This document shows positions 10,111 to 20,352 of a DNA stretch of 59,049 nucleotides, in pieces. Positions within the stretch are counted from its first letter, which is position 1. Each line of letters begins with the position of its first letter. The translations under genes and the position numbers were made by a program. The notes beneath the pieces were generated by a model. The model saw only the letters and a program-made list of their open reading frames with translations, did not search any database and was not told where the DNA came from. Source of the DNA: Coleofasciculus chthonoplastes F2-STO-03. Lineage in GTDB: Bacteria; Cyanobacteriota; Cyanobacteriia; Cyanobacteriales; Coleofasciculaceae. The stretch covers positions 1 through 59,049 of the forward strand of contig JAVJWO010000117.1 of the NCBI GenBank assembly GCA_040222015.1, written 5' to 3'.

Positions 10111-10161
10111 GCACTACAGATCATGGTAGCGACAGGAGTCGCCAACTGGAACACCTTGCTC

Positions 10162-11268
10162 TTAAGATCCAACATCTCGGCAAGCACGATACAGGTCTGT
10201 CCAGCCTTTACGTTCTTTGACCACGGTTTCGAGATACTCGTTCCACACTAACGTATCTTGAATCGGATCTTTAACCACAGCCCCCACCAATCCAGAGGCA
10301 ATATCCTTAGCGCTGAGGTGTCCATCGCCAAAATGGGCGGCTAGGGCTAACCCACTATTCACCACCGAAATTGCCTCGGCTGTACTCAGGGTACTACTAG
10401 GAGATTTTAGTTTAGTTTTACCATCGTCGCTGATACCGCTACGCAGTTCGCGGAAAATTGTCACCACCCGGCGGACTTCAGTTAAAGCGGGGGCTTGCAC
10501 CGGGAGTTCTAAAGCACGTCCTAAGCTTGCAACTCGTTGTTGAACGATACTCACCTCCTCATCAATCGTTTTCGGTAACGGCAAAACAACAGTATTAAAA
10601 CGGCGTTTCAGGGCGCTAGACAAGTCATTGACCCCCTTGTCGCGATTATTCGCTGTGGCGATAATATTAAAGCCTTTAATCCCTTGCACCTCATCCCCCA
10701 ATTCGGGAATCGGTAGCATCTTTTCCGAAAGCATCGTAATCAGCGTATCTTGGACATCAGCCGGAATCCGAGTCAACTCTTCCACCCGGGCAATTTTCCC
10801 CGTTTCCATTGCCACCATTAGGGGACTAGCCACTAACGCCTCCATCGAGGGACCGTCTGCCAGTAAGCGGGCATAGTTCCACCCATAACGAATGGATTCT
10901 TCACTGGTGCCGGCTGTGCCTTGAATCAGTAACGTTGAATCCCCAGAAATAGCAGCAGCTAAATGTTCCGATACCCAAGACTTAGCGGTTCCCGGAACCC
11001 CCATCAACAGTAAAGCACGGTCTGTGGTGAGGGTAGCAACAGCTATTTCTATCAGTCTGCGATCGCCAATATACTTAGGTGATACCACAAACCCATTCTC
11101 CAGTGTACCGCCCAATAGATACGTTGTGACTGCCCAGGGGGATAAATTCCAGTTCGGTGGACGCTGGCGTTTATCTGCTTTTGCCAATTCCGCCAACTCT
11201 TCAGCAAACTGTTGTTCCGCATGTTCTCGCAATAAAACGTTTTGATTGTTTAGCTTTGCACGATTCAC
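10162..11268 (-). CDS. MoxR-type AAA+ ATPase, YehL-like subfamily
   Basis: GVPGTAKSWVSEHLAAAI, RVEELTR, ATANNRDKGVN.LSSALKRRF. Confidence 0.92.
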   Translation of the reverse strand: MNRAKLNNQNVLLREHAEQQFAEELAELAKADKRQRPPNWNLSPWAVTTYLLGGTLENGFVVSPKYIGDRRLIEIAVATLTTDRALLLMGVPGTAKSWVSEHLAAAISGDSTLLIQGTAGTSEESIRYGWNYARLLADGPSMEALVASPLMVAMETGKIARVEELTRIPADVQDTLITMLSEKMLPIPELGDEVQGIKGFNIIATANNRDKGVNDLSSALKRRFNTVVLPLPKTIDEEVSIVQQRVASLGRALELPVQAPALTEVRRVVTIFRELRSGISDDGKTKLKSPSSTLSTAEAISVVNSGLALAAHFGDGHLSAKDIASGLVGAVVKDPIQDTLVWNEYLETVVKERKGWTDLYRACRDVGS

Positions 11269-11486
11269 AGTTGTTTGTCCTTAAAAAGGCTCTTCCGTAC
11301 CTGCTATACTAAACTAACTTTCTCACCATTTATCTCAATTCGTTAGATTTAGTCCTTCTGTAAAGACACCAATCAGTTAGGCGGTAGGTACAATACAAGT
11401 GGCAGGTGTTCCCTATTCCTGAAGTTTTTGATCTATTTGTATCATAAGCACTCTCGAAGCGCCATAGTTTAAACGAGGAAGGAATT

Positions 11487-12446
11487 ATGACTAAGAAAAA
11501 ATTTATTAGTCCCAAAATCGATTATGCCTTCAAAAAAATATTTGGCTCAGACCAAAGTGAAGACATTCTCATCAGCTTCTTAAATGCCATTGTCTACAAT
11601 GGGGAAAGTGTCATCTCTAGTTTAACTATTGTCAACCCTTACAATCCCGGTCAAGTCGAAACCTTAAAAGATAGTTACTTAGATATCAGGGCTGTTCTAA
11701 ACAGTGGAGAAATTGTCCTCATTGAAATGCAGGTCGCACGGGTAGCCGCATTTCATAAACGAGTAACCTATAATCTCTGCAAAGCTTATGCTAATCAGTT
11801 GGCATCAGGAGACTATTACCTGGAGATTACGCCAGTCATTGCCGTAACAATTACCGATTTTATTCTGTTCACAGAAAGTCCTAAATGTATTCATCATTTC
11901 GTCTTAAAAGACAAAGAAAGCTCATCGGAATATCCTGAACATGAATTGCAGCTAATTTTTGTAGAATTACCGAGATTTGTGAAGAAATTGCCAGAGTTAA
12001 AAACATTGGCAGAGAAATGGATTTATTTTATGACGCAGGCTCAAGACTTAGACGAAATTCCAGAGAGTTTGGCAGAAGTTACGGCAATAGAGAAAGCGTT
12101 AACGATAGCCAATCAAGCGAACCTGACACCAGCAGAAGCTGAGGAAGTCAGTCGTCGAGCCATGCAATTGCACGATGAGATAGGACGCATTAAATATGCT
12201 ACCGAAGAAGCATCGAAGGAGGCGCGGGCAGAAGGTCGCCAAGAAGGTCGCCAAGAAGGTCGCATTACAGAAGCACGCGCTTTAGTCCTGCGTCTGCTGA
12301 ACCAGCGATTTCCAGGCAAGACAGCGGAACTCAATCCCTTAGTCGAAGGGTTGTCGTTGTCAGCGATAGAAGAGTTAACCGAATCGATTTTTGAGTTAAA
12401 TAATTGGGAGAATTTATTAACCTTATTGGCAGAGATAGATCAATAA
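11487..12446 (+). CDS. Rpn family recombination-promoting nuclease with DUF4351-like C-terminus
   Basis: PKIDYAFKKIFG, LDIRA..IEMQ, FVELP.F, EGRQEG repeats, and LVLRLLNQRF. Confidence 0.9.
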   Translation: MTKKKFISPKIDYAFKKIFGSDQSEDILISFLNAIVYNGESVISSLTIVNPYNPGQVETLKDSYLDIRAVLNSGEIVLIEMQVARVAAFHKRVTYNLCKAYANQLASGDYYLEITPVIAVTITDFILFTESPKCIHHFVLKDKESSSEYPEHELQLIFVELPRFVKKLPELKTLAEKWIYFMTQAQDLDEIPESLAEVTAIEKALTIANQANLTPAEAEEVSRRAMQLHDEIGRIKYATEEASKEARAEGRQEGRQEGRITEARALVLRLLNQRFPGKTAELNPLVEGLSLSAIEELTESIFELNNWENLLTLLAEIDQ

Positions 12447-12465
12447 ACTAAGAAACCATTGCCGC

Positions 12466-14001
12466 TCAAATTTCTCTGCCCATTTCATAGCGCAAATTCA
12501 AAACTGCCAATACTTCATCAATCACTTCCGTCCAATAGGAGGCTAAAGCCGACCGTTCCGGAACAATATTGTTAAAACGGGTCGAGAGTTCGGGGACAAT
12601 CTCAGGACTCATAAAATAGGCAAACTCTTTTAATCCAGTAGATAGCGACCAATCGTAAGGATTATCCGTCTTCGCCAGATAGCGGCGCACACCATCTAAA
12701 ACGATACCTGTCAGTTCAGCACTCCAAGGAGAGTGGCAATGAGTTAATAAGGTGAACGCCGGATGTGTGCTGTCAAATGGGACTTTGCTAGATGGGAATA
12801 AATTTAATAAAAAGCTATCTCGTTGTTCAGGAGAGAGGACATTAATTAACCCAGCAATTAATTTATTTTGCGGGATTAAATACCCCTTAAACGTACTAGA
12901 AAACGGCAGTATAACCTCTGCCCATTCTGTATTCTGTTGTCCCATCGCCGCCACCGCCCAGCCTTCAACCAAGGAATGATCCCATTCACTCCGTTTTGCA
13001 GCTTTTATCCATTCAGCCGGGGATTCTTCCTGAAGTTCTGACCACAAAGAAAGGGGAGTCGCGGCGACAATTTGTAAAATTATCCAGGCTTTATTACCTA
13101 ATAACTGAGGCGGCTGTTTGCTATCAATACCATCTCTGGTTATCTCTTGTTCATTATAATCAGGGAGGATAAAATCTAGATGCAAACGGTTACGCTTGCG
13201 CCGAAATGTGATTGCTGATTGGATGCGTTGCTGCATCCGCTGACATAAAGCCGATTCCGGTAACTGTGCCAATAAATGAGCCGCTTGGCGTCGCACCTCT
13301 TGGCGGCGGTCATCCAGTGCCATCTCTAAAAATGGCTCATCTTCTAGGTTTAAGCCAATTTGTAGGGTGTCTACTAAGGCGATTCTGCCATCTGACGATT
13401 CTTGTTGCCACACAGCCACAAGTCGTTCCCGTGCCGAGGTGGGATGTTCACGTCGCAGATGGTGTAATAGAAGCTTGCGGGCGTCTAAACTTCCCCTTGT
13501 CCACGTTTGTTCGATATCCTCATCTCCCACATAATTCCAATCTGGATTATGGGCAGCTAACCACCGTCCCCGTTGACCCAAAACCGGGAGAATTGCGGGG
13601 CGTAACGGGGGTGAAGTGCGTCCAACTTCGAGTAACTCTGGCAAACAATAATCGGGGACACGGTATCCGGCGGTAGCAGCGGCGGTTAACCATTCCGGTA
13701 ACAGTTTTACCCGCTCTTTTTGTAGCATCAATTTCAAGTATTGGGCGGCGCGGGGACTACAGGGGGGTTTATCGTCAGGTAGACAGGGTTGGGGTAACGG
13801 TTGGTTATCGGAAATCGCACGTTGTCCGGCGCGGTGATAGAGAGAAATTGCCCCAGCCGCGCTGAGTAATGTGGCTTCTGGGTTAGTCGGATTCAGTTGG
13901 GATAAAAGTTGACCGAGTGGGTTAGTTGCTGGAGTGAGCGTGAGAGTCCGTCTCTCGGTGCCAACTAAGGCGGTGGTGATGACATCTTGCCAGAGACTCA
14001 T
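12466..14001 (-). CDS. DUF5691 domain-containing protein
   Basis: W......ALVGT.R, LG.RGRWLA..NPDW, DEPFLE.ALDDR..EVR..AA.LL. Confidence 0.85.
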   Translation of the reverse strand: MSLWQDVITTALVGTERRTLTLTPATNPLGQLLSQLNPTNPEATLLSAAGAISLYHRAGQRAISDNQPLPQPCLPDDKPPCSPRAAQYLKLMLQKERVKLLPEWLTAAATAGYRVPDYCLPELLEVGRTSPPLRPAILPVLGQRGRWLAAHNPDWNYVGDEDIEQTWTRGSLDARKLLLHHLRREHPTSARERLVAVWQQESSDGRIALVDTLQIGLNLEDEPFLEMALDDRRQEVRRQAAHLLAQLPESALCQRMQQRIQSAITFRRKRNRLHLDFILPDYNEQEITRDGIDSKQPPQLLGNKAWIILQIVAATPLSLWSELQEESPAEWIKAAKRSEWDHSLVEGWAVAAMGQQNTEWAEVILPFSSTFKGYLIPQNKLIAGLINVLSPEQRDSFLLNLFPSSKVPFDSTHPAFTLLTHCHSPWSAELTGIVLDGVRRYLAKTDNPYDWSLSTGLKEFAYFMSPEIVPELSTRFNNIVPERSALASYWTEVIDEVLAVLNLRYEMGREI

Positions 14002-14281
14002 TGAGGCTTTACCGAAGAATAGGATGTTAAATCGATTTTAAGGGAATGTTTAATGGGGAACAGGGGATAAAAATAAGTAGTTGCAACAATTTACCACGGC
14101 GATTAAAATCGCAGCTACACAAACAAAGTCCGCCGACGCGGACTAGGTTCTAACGGGGGTGGCTCACCCAGATTTGGGATAAAAGATGAGAGAATTAACT
14201 CTCTGGCAGATATACCGTAGGGTGGGCATTGCCCACCAGTCTTAAGTAACGCTCTTTTACTCTGACTTTTCACGGGAAGTC

Positions 14282-14386
14282 TATAGCGGTTCCCAAGTGC
14301 GTTCACTATACCCAGATAAGAGGCGAATGTAGGGGCGCAAGGATGGTGCCCTCACGCTCTGTATTTCATCTTATGAGAAACACATA
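14282..14386. mobile_element. Degenerate TATAGC-ended MITE (Nezha/IS630-like)
   Basis: TATAGCGGTTCCCA...TGAGAAACACATA ends with an internal GTAGGGGCG hairpin. Confidence 0.45.
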
Positions 14387-14644
14387 GGAACCTGAGTCAG
14401 GGCGGGTTTAGTCACATCTGGATGCAACCGCAAAGATAATAGTGAAACCCGCCCCTACAAACCATTCCCTCTTTCCCAAGTGAAGGGTCAAAACTTACCT
14501 CCTTCTCAACAATTTGGCAGGACTCTATCATTCAAAAGGAAGGTATTGTTATCCGTCGAAATCTTCAAGCTTTGCAGAGGAAACAGTAGTTAGCGTGTAG
14601 GTCAAACCTAACCAAATCTAGGGCTAAAGCCCTGACTACGAACG

Positions 14645-15952
14645 TTATCGAAACGCGATAAACTGATCTTGGGAAAAAGCACTTAAGGGGAAAAAGTCAT
14701 CCCCATTCCATGCACCAAACACGGTGATGGGATGTCCCCCACTCAGGGCAAATAACTGCCAACCCTCTGTAAAGTTAGGGGCGAGGCGTAATACCTGGTT
14801 TGCACAGTCGCGCAATGCCCAACCTTGGTTATATTTCTGGGGAATAACCCCTTGTAAGCTGAGGGGAAATTGGTCTAACCAGGGTTGACAAGCTAAGGCA
14901 TTTGTGTATTGAGTTAGAGCAGTTGCGATCGCGCTTTCCCCCTGCATCTGTGTAAAGGGTATGGCTGGGGCGTGACGGGTTTTGACAATTGCCCGCAACG
15001 GATAAGCGCTGGCAAAGAATCCCAAATCGGCGTCGAGGAGAGTTCCGGCGATGAGACTGGTGTCTAGGGGTTGAGTATGATGGGCAAAGGTAAGAATTAG
15101 GGCAAATCGATGGGTTTGTTGTCCTTGTAACCATATCCGTTGCGCCCTGAGGTTATCCTGGTCTTCGATACACTGTCCTAAAATTAACCAGCGATCGCGG
15201 ATCATCGAGGTAGCGGTTTCAACTTTATGCCCCCAACCAATCGCCGTGCGGATATCAGCTTGAATGTCTGGGGGTAATGTTTCTAGGCGAATAAATCCTT
15301 GAAGTAACAAATACAAGCGTCCCAACCGTTGCAAAAGGCGTTCTTGCCAACCCACCCCCGTATACGGAATCCCCGACATCTCCTGTAACTGACGCGCCAA
15401 TCCTGGGGCTTGAGCATCAATCATCCGGGCGGCTACCGTATCCCAGAAACTATAGTCTTTTTCCGGTAAGTTGGCTAATCCCTGACGGACTAAATCACGC
15501 AACCAACGGTCTAATTCTTGCACCCCGGCGGTAACATTTTCCTCCCGTTTGGCGGCGCGTTTGGCTTTAGCCACGGGATTAGCAACGGTTTCTGATTTTT
15601 CTACCTTTTTCGCCTGTTTTTGACGGCGAGTGTTAATCCAATCGTTTACCCAATCAGGGGATTGATTTGGGTTAAAACTATCGGGTTGATTGGCGAAGAG
15701 TAATAAGAGTCCGAGTCCATGTTTGCAGGGAAATTTACGACTCGGACAACTGCATTTAAACGCGGTTTCACCTAAATCGATTTGGGTTTGATAGGGGTTA
15801 CTTCCACTTCCTTGGCATTCTCCCCACACCGCCTCCTGATTTCGTCCCAATCCTTGCCATTTCGATAAGCGTGCCAAGCCTTGACTATTTTGGGCAGACT
15901 TAGCATCGGGGGCGAGTGCGAGGATTTGTTCCGGAGTCCAGGTAATAGCCAT
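14645..15952 (-). CDS. SWIM zinc-finger protein (YehQ-like)
   Basis: WGECQGSGSNPY, CSCPSRKFPCKH (SWIM) and AARMIDAQAPGLA. Native start is taken as MAITWTPEQ; the upstream 28 codons belong to a PAS remnant. Confidence 0.88.
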   Translation of the reverse strand: MAITWTPEQILALAPDAKSAQNSQGLARLSKWQGLGRNQEAVWGECQGSGSNPYQTQIDLGETAFKCSCPSRKFPCKHGLGLLLLFANQPDSFNPNQSPDWVNDWINTRRQKQAKKVEKSETVANPVAKAKRAAKREENVTAGVQELDRWLRDLVRQGLANLPEKDYSFWDTVAARMIDAQAPGLARQLQEMSGIPYTGVGWQERLLQRLGRLYLLLQGFIRLETLPPDIQADIRTAIGWGHKVETATSMIRDRWLILGQCIEDQDNLRAQRIWLQGQQTHRFALILTFAHHTQPLDTSLIAGTLLDADLGFFASAYPLRAIVKTRHAPAIPFTQMQGESAIATALTQYTNALACQPWLDQFPLSLQGVIPQKYNQGWALRDCANQVLRLAPNFTEGWQLFALSGGHPITVFGAWNGDDFFPLSAFSQDQFIAFR

Positions 15953-15954
15953 GT

Positions 15955-16404
15955 TTGTAGTGGTAATAACCGCATCACCGATACTTTTCAGCGTCGTAGC
16001 TAGCCATTGCTCTCGCTCCCGAAGCTGTTGCTCCATTTTATGTAGAGCGCCACTTCAATCGTGGTGGCTAAATCTTTGGATTCAAAGGGCTTGAGCAAAT
16101 AACCATAGGGTTCGGTAAGTTTAGCCCGCTCCAGCGTTTCCTCATCGTTATAGGCAGTCAGATAGATGACTGGCAGTTGGAACTGTTGGCGCATTTGAGC
16201 CGCTGCTTCAATGCCATCGATCTTACCTTTGAGCCGAATATCCATCAACACCAAGTCGGGAGGATTTTGAGGGATTCCCGCGATCGCGGCTTCAGCAGAT
16301 ATCACATTGGCGGTTACAATATATCCCAGGGCTTCCAGTCGATTTTGAATGCTGAGAGCGACAACTCTCTCATCCTCAACGACTAAAATTTTCGCTTTAA
16401 CCAT
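15955..16404 (-). pseudogene. Response regulator (REC intact), frameshifted and truncated at the start of a PAS domain
   Basis: REC motifs ILVVEDE, DLVLMDI, YLTA and LKPF. The expected continuation MEQQLREREQWLATTLKSIGDAVITT is in another frame. Confidence 0.75.
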
Positions 16405-16451
16405 TTGTTTGATCGAAAAATATAAATAATTAGGGTCTGCTGATCTACAGT

Positions 16452-19400
16452 TTAGTTACATGTTGCGATCGGAAAACTAATAGTTACTTCGGTTCCCTTA
16501 TCCAGGGAAAAACTTAGATTGCCCTCCAATTGTTCAGTCAGAACATTAATTAATTGTAAGCCTAATGACTTAGGATTGGCAAATTCCATATCTGGTGGAA
16601 ATCCGACGCCGTTATCTTTGACCGTTAGATGACATCGATCCTCAGATTCTGCGGTCAGGATCACCTCAATCGTGCCTTTTTGACCATTGGGAAAGGCATA
16701 TTTGAGAGCATTAGACACTAATTCACTAATAATCAAACCACAGGGAATAGCGGTGTCAATTGTTAAATTAACCTCATGAATATAAAATTCTAAGTTAACT
16801 TGCTTATATTCAAAAACATAGATCTGAAACAAATAACTCGTCAAATTCTCAATGTACTCGGCAAAATTGATCCGGGCAAAATCTTGAGACTGATACAATT
16901 TATCATGAACCAACGCCATTGACTTAACCCGATTCTGACTTTCCTGGAACAGTTCCACCGTGGTTGGATCGGTAATGTACTGAGATTGTAAATCCAACAG
17001 ACTGGAAATCACCTGCAAATTATTTTTAACCCGATGGTGAATCTCCTGGAGCAAGACTTCTTTTTCCCGCAAAGAGGCTTGAATTTGGATTTCAGCTTGC
17101 TTGCGCTCCGTGATATCCAGATTAATTCCCATCATCCGCACAGGCTGACTTGTTTCATCGTAAAATACCTGAGATTTGCTTTCCACCCAACGCAGGTTAC
17201 CATCGGTTCTGATAATCCGAAATTCAATATCATAGCAATATTCCTGCTCATCAATCGCTCGTCGATCCGCTTGGTGAACGCGATCGCGATCATCGGGATG
17301 AACCATTTCCAGAAACGTTTTGTAGCTAATCTGCGTGGTTTTGGCATCTAATCCATACAGGTGTTGCAGGTGATAGGAACAGGTAATTTGTTCCGTCTCC
17401 AGGTTTCTATCCCAGAATCCCATACGCGCCGCATCTAGGGCTAACCGTAATTGTTCTTCCCGCTGACGTAGCTGTTCTTCAGCCAGCTTACGTTCTGTCA
17501 CATCTAGGTTCAGCCCAATTGTCCAGATAGGCTGATCGGTTTTGTCATAAATAATCTGACCTTTGCTTTGAATCCAGCGCACAATCTGATCGGGCCAAAT
17601 AATCCGATATTCAAGGTCATAATCCTCCCCGGTTTGAATCGCCCATTCCATGCTTTGCTTAACCAGTTGCTGATCGTCTGGGTGAACCTTTTCTAAAAAG
17701 GTTTCGTAGGGAATTTCTGGACGATCAAATGCCAATCCATAGAGTTGTTCTAAGCGATAAGACCAAGTAATCATTCCGGTTTGCAAATTCCAATCCCACT
17801 TTGCCATCTGGGCGGCATCTAGGGCAAGACGTAAGCGGGCTTCACTTTGTTGTAAGAGATTCTCTGCCAGTTTACGGGCGGTGATATCGGTACTCACACC
17901 GAGGATTTGAGTCACCTGTCCATCTGGAGCCACCAAGGGAGTTTTAATGGTTTGATACCAGCGAATTTCACCGTTTTGATCCCAGGAAAACTCTTCAGGA
18001 ATGAACTTCGGCTGTAAGCTGGTCAATATCTCTTGATCTTCAGCCAGTAAGCGTTCCACATCTACTGCATCATGATGGAGTTGGGCGGTTGTTTTTCCCA
18101 GCAATTCCTCGACAGGAATCCCCCGATGTTCGGCAAACCTGCGATTGGCTAAAATATACTGACCGTCTTTGTCTTTGACATAAATTATATTGGGGTTGGT
18201 GTCAATAATGGTTTGCAGGAAATCCTTTTGGTTTTGCAGGGCTTGCTGGGCTTTTTGGCTCTGAGTGACATCAATGCCCACACAAACAATATTGGTTCCT
18301 TGCTGATATTTTTGCGTCGCAATGAGGTGATAGTGACAGGAACCATTGATGTTATTTTCCAGGATCTTTTGGTCAGTTTGAACCGAACTCGCGATAAACT
18401 GCTCAATATAGTTGACAAATGTCGGATTATTATTGAGAAAACCTAGGGGTTGACTGATAAAGTCGTCCGGCGACAGATTGAACACATCTGCCAAATATTG
18501 ATTAACTCCCAGATATCGTCCTTGGCGACTCATCCAGGAGACACAACCGGGTACTGCATCCAAAACCGCTTGCAGTTGCTCCTTGGCTTGTTGTAATTGT
18601 ATTTCTATGGTTTGACGGTGAGTAATTTCGTGCTGGAGGCGGGTATTGGTTTGTTCGAGTTCGGCGGTGCGTTCGCTAACCCGTTGTTCTAAATGGAGAT
18701 GAGCCTGTTGCAGTAGGACTTCTGCTTGTTTGCGATCGCTAATATCTTGAATCAGGGCAATCGTGTACTCAGATAACCCATTCGCGCCACGAACGGCTGA
18801 CGCCGACACATGCACCCAGACTACATGACCTTGGTGATGAATATAGCGTTTTTCAGCGTTTAGGTGAGTGATTTCCCCAGTGATCAATTTATGTAAATCT
18901 TGATAGCACTGTGTCAGATCATCGGGATGGATAAATAGATGGAACGACTGATTTAATAATTGGTCAGCCCTGTAGCCGAGGATATCTTGCAGCGCCTGAT
19001 TGGTATGCATAACCCGCCCTTGAGTATTCGCGATCGCCATCCCAATAGGTGCCAACTCAAATACCGTGCGGAAACGGGCTTCACTCTCCTGCACCGCTTG
19101 TTGAGCCTGCTGAATGTCGGTAATATCGCGGCACAGGCTGAGGACAAATTCGACGGAACCATCTGGGGCAAATTCGGGAACCAGACGGGATTGATAATAC
19201 CGTTGTCCATGGGGAGTCAAGAACGTGAATTCACTCTCATTTTCCTCACCCTTTTGGAACACCGTTTGTAAGGATTCCTCCCACACGGGGATAACCGATT
19301 CAGGTAATCCTAATTCCCGGTGGGTTTTCCCCAGAAAGTCCTGATAGGGGATACCGGTTTCCTGTTCAATAACGGGGTTGACGTAGACATGACGCAAATG

Positions 19401-19856
19401 GCGGTCAAATCGAGCGACAATATCGGGCGAATGATCCAGTAGGGCTTGAAATTCTTGTTCTCGCTGATTGAGCGTGTCCTTAACCTGTTTGTCTTCGGTA
19501 ATATCTTCAGTAATCGTGGCGAGGAGGATTTGAGGAACATCTGTCTGGCTTTTCCCCCAGGGATTCGGCAAGATAAAAGAGCGCGATCGCACCCATCGGA
19601 TTGAGCCATCGGATTTTACAATTCGATACTCTTGCGGGACTTCACTCCCAGGGGGTTGCGTCCAAGCCGCCGCCACTCGCTCTCGATCCCTTGGCTCAAT
19701 CCCATTGAGGATACACTGTAGATACCCTCCTGGATGACTCAATAATTGTTCAGGAGTGTGACCCCACATCTGCTCAGCCGCCCCATTGACATATAATAAT
19801 TGATGCCGATTCACCGAGGTCAACCAAAAGACATCCGCAAAAGGTTCTGTCATCAC
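16452..19856 (-). CDS. Multi-PAS sensor histidine kinase (HisKA_2 type)
   Basis: Repeated PAS/PAC motifs (HPDD, DITERK), the H-box LLQEIHHRVKNNLQ, and ATPase motifs ELVSNALKYAF, DNGVG and SLGL. Confidence 0.95.
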   Translation of the reverse strand: MMTEPFADVFWLTSVNRHQLLYVNGAAEQMWGHTPEQLLSHPGGYLQCILNGIEPRDRERVAAAWTQPPGSEVPQEYRIVKSDGSIRWVRSRSFILPNPWGKSQTDVPQILLATITEDITEDKQVKDTLNQREQEFQALLDHSPDIVARFDRHLRHVYVNPVIEQETGIPYQDFLGKTHRELGLPESVIPVWEESLQTVFQKGEENESEFTFLTPHGQRYYQSRLVPEFAPDGSVEFVLSLCRDITDIQQAQQAVQESEARFRTVFELAPIGMAIANTQGRVMHTNQALQDILGYRADQLLNQSFHLFIHPDDLTQCYQDLHKLITGEITHLNAEKRYIHHQGHVVWVHVSASAVRGANGLSEYTIALIQDISDRKQAEVLLQQAHLHLEQRVSERTAELEQTNTRLQHEITHRQTIEIQLQQAKEQLQAVLDAVPGCVSWMSRQGRYLGVNQYLADVFNLSPDDFISQPLGFLNNNPTFVNYIEQFIASSVQTDQKILENNINGSCHYHLIATQKYQQGTNIVCVGIDVTQSQKAQQALQNQKDFLQTIIDTNPNIIYVKDKDGQYILANRRFAEHRGIPVEELLGKTTAQLHHDAVDVERLLAEDQEILTSLQPKFIPEEFSWDQNGEIRWYQTIKTPLVAPDGQVTQILGVSTDITARKLAENLLQQSEARLRLALDAAQMAKWDWNLQTGMITWSYRLEQLYGLAFDRPEIPYETFLEKVHPDDQQLVKQSMEWAIQTGEDYDLEYRIIWPDQIVRWIQSKGQIIYDKTDQPIWTIGLNLDVTERKLAEEQLRQREEQLRLALDAARMGFWDRNLETEQITCSYHLQHLYGLDAKTTQISYKTFLEMVHPDDRDRVHQADRRAIDEQEYCYDIEFRIIRTDGNLRWVESKSQVFYDETSQPVRMMGINLDITERKQAEIQIQASLREKEVLLQEIHHRVKNNLQVISSLLDLQSQYITDPTTVELFQESQNRVKSMALVHDKLYQSQDFARINFAEYIENLTSYLFQIYVFEYKQVNLEFYIHEVNLTIDTAIPCGLIISELVSNALKYAFPNGQKGTIEVILTAESEDRCHLTVKDNGVGFPPDMEFANPKSLGLQLINVLTEQLEGNLSFSLDKGTEVTISFPIATCN

Positions 19857-19874
19857 TGTATCCTTGATCTGGCT

Positions 19875-20280
19875 GTGACATCCTCCCCCACCAAATCAAA
19901 GATTATGGTGGGGGCTTCCTCAAATCACTTTGAGGATTTCCTGGTTATTTCCCTTCTGCTACGCGGTAGCTGAGCCTGTCGAAGCTCAGGGAATTTCGAC
20001 ACTTGCCTAGTTTTGGCTTTCGCCAACCCCCGGGAGATCGTCTGCACAGGCAGTTTCCTTTCCCGCTAGCAAGGGCGGTACTGGTTAGTTTTATTTGCCT
20101 CGGTGTTGACCATCGAATCCGTTGCTCAGCTCACGGTGCAGCAATTTCAACTAGCTTTGTGAGCAGATGCATCATCAGGATTATGCAAGTGAGTTTACCA
20201 CATTGATGTTGGGGGAGTCCAGTGTATCCCAACGCGCTCATTAAAATTACAGCGTGGGTCTTACAACGCCCCCAAACCCC
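19875..20280 (-). mobile_element. Non-autonomous IS200/IS605 derivative (PATE-like) retaining a tnpB 3' omega/reRNA-like region
   Basis: The minus strand ends GAAGCCCCACCATAATCTTTGATTTGGTGGGGGAGGATGTCA(C), an IS605 right-end hairpin. It has a left-end-like hairpin at about 20205-20277 and no tnpA or tnpB ORF. Confidence 0.6.
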
Positions 20281-20352
20281 CTACTAAGATAAAAAAATAC
20301 GATTTTACGGAATCAGTTTCAGAATTGTCAAACAATTGTCAATTGTCATTCG

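Noticed and set aside
15953..16036. Native N-terminus of the SWIM protein
   Set aside because: The sequence is a REC-PAS linker remnant from the upstream gene.
19875..20280. tmRNA or other housekeeping RNA; ORF 20003-20206
   Set aside because: No tRNA-like ends or ANNIV-type tag are visible. The termini fit IS605 ends, and the ORF has no recognisable features.
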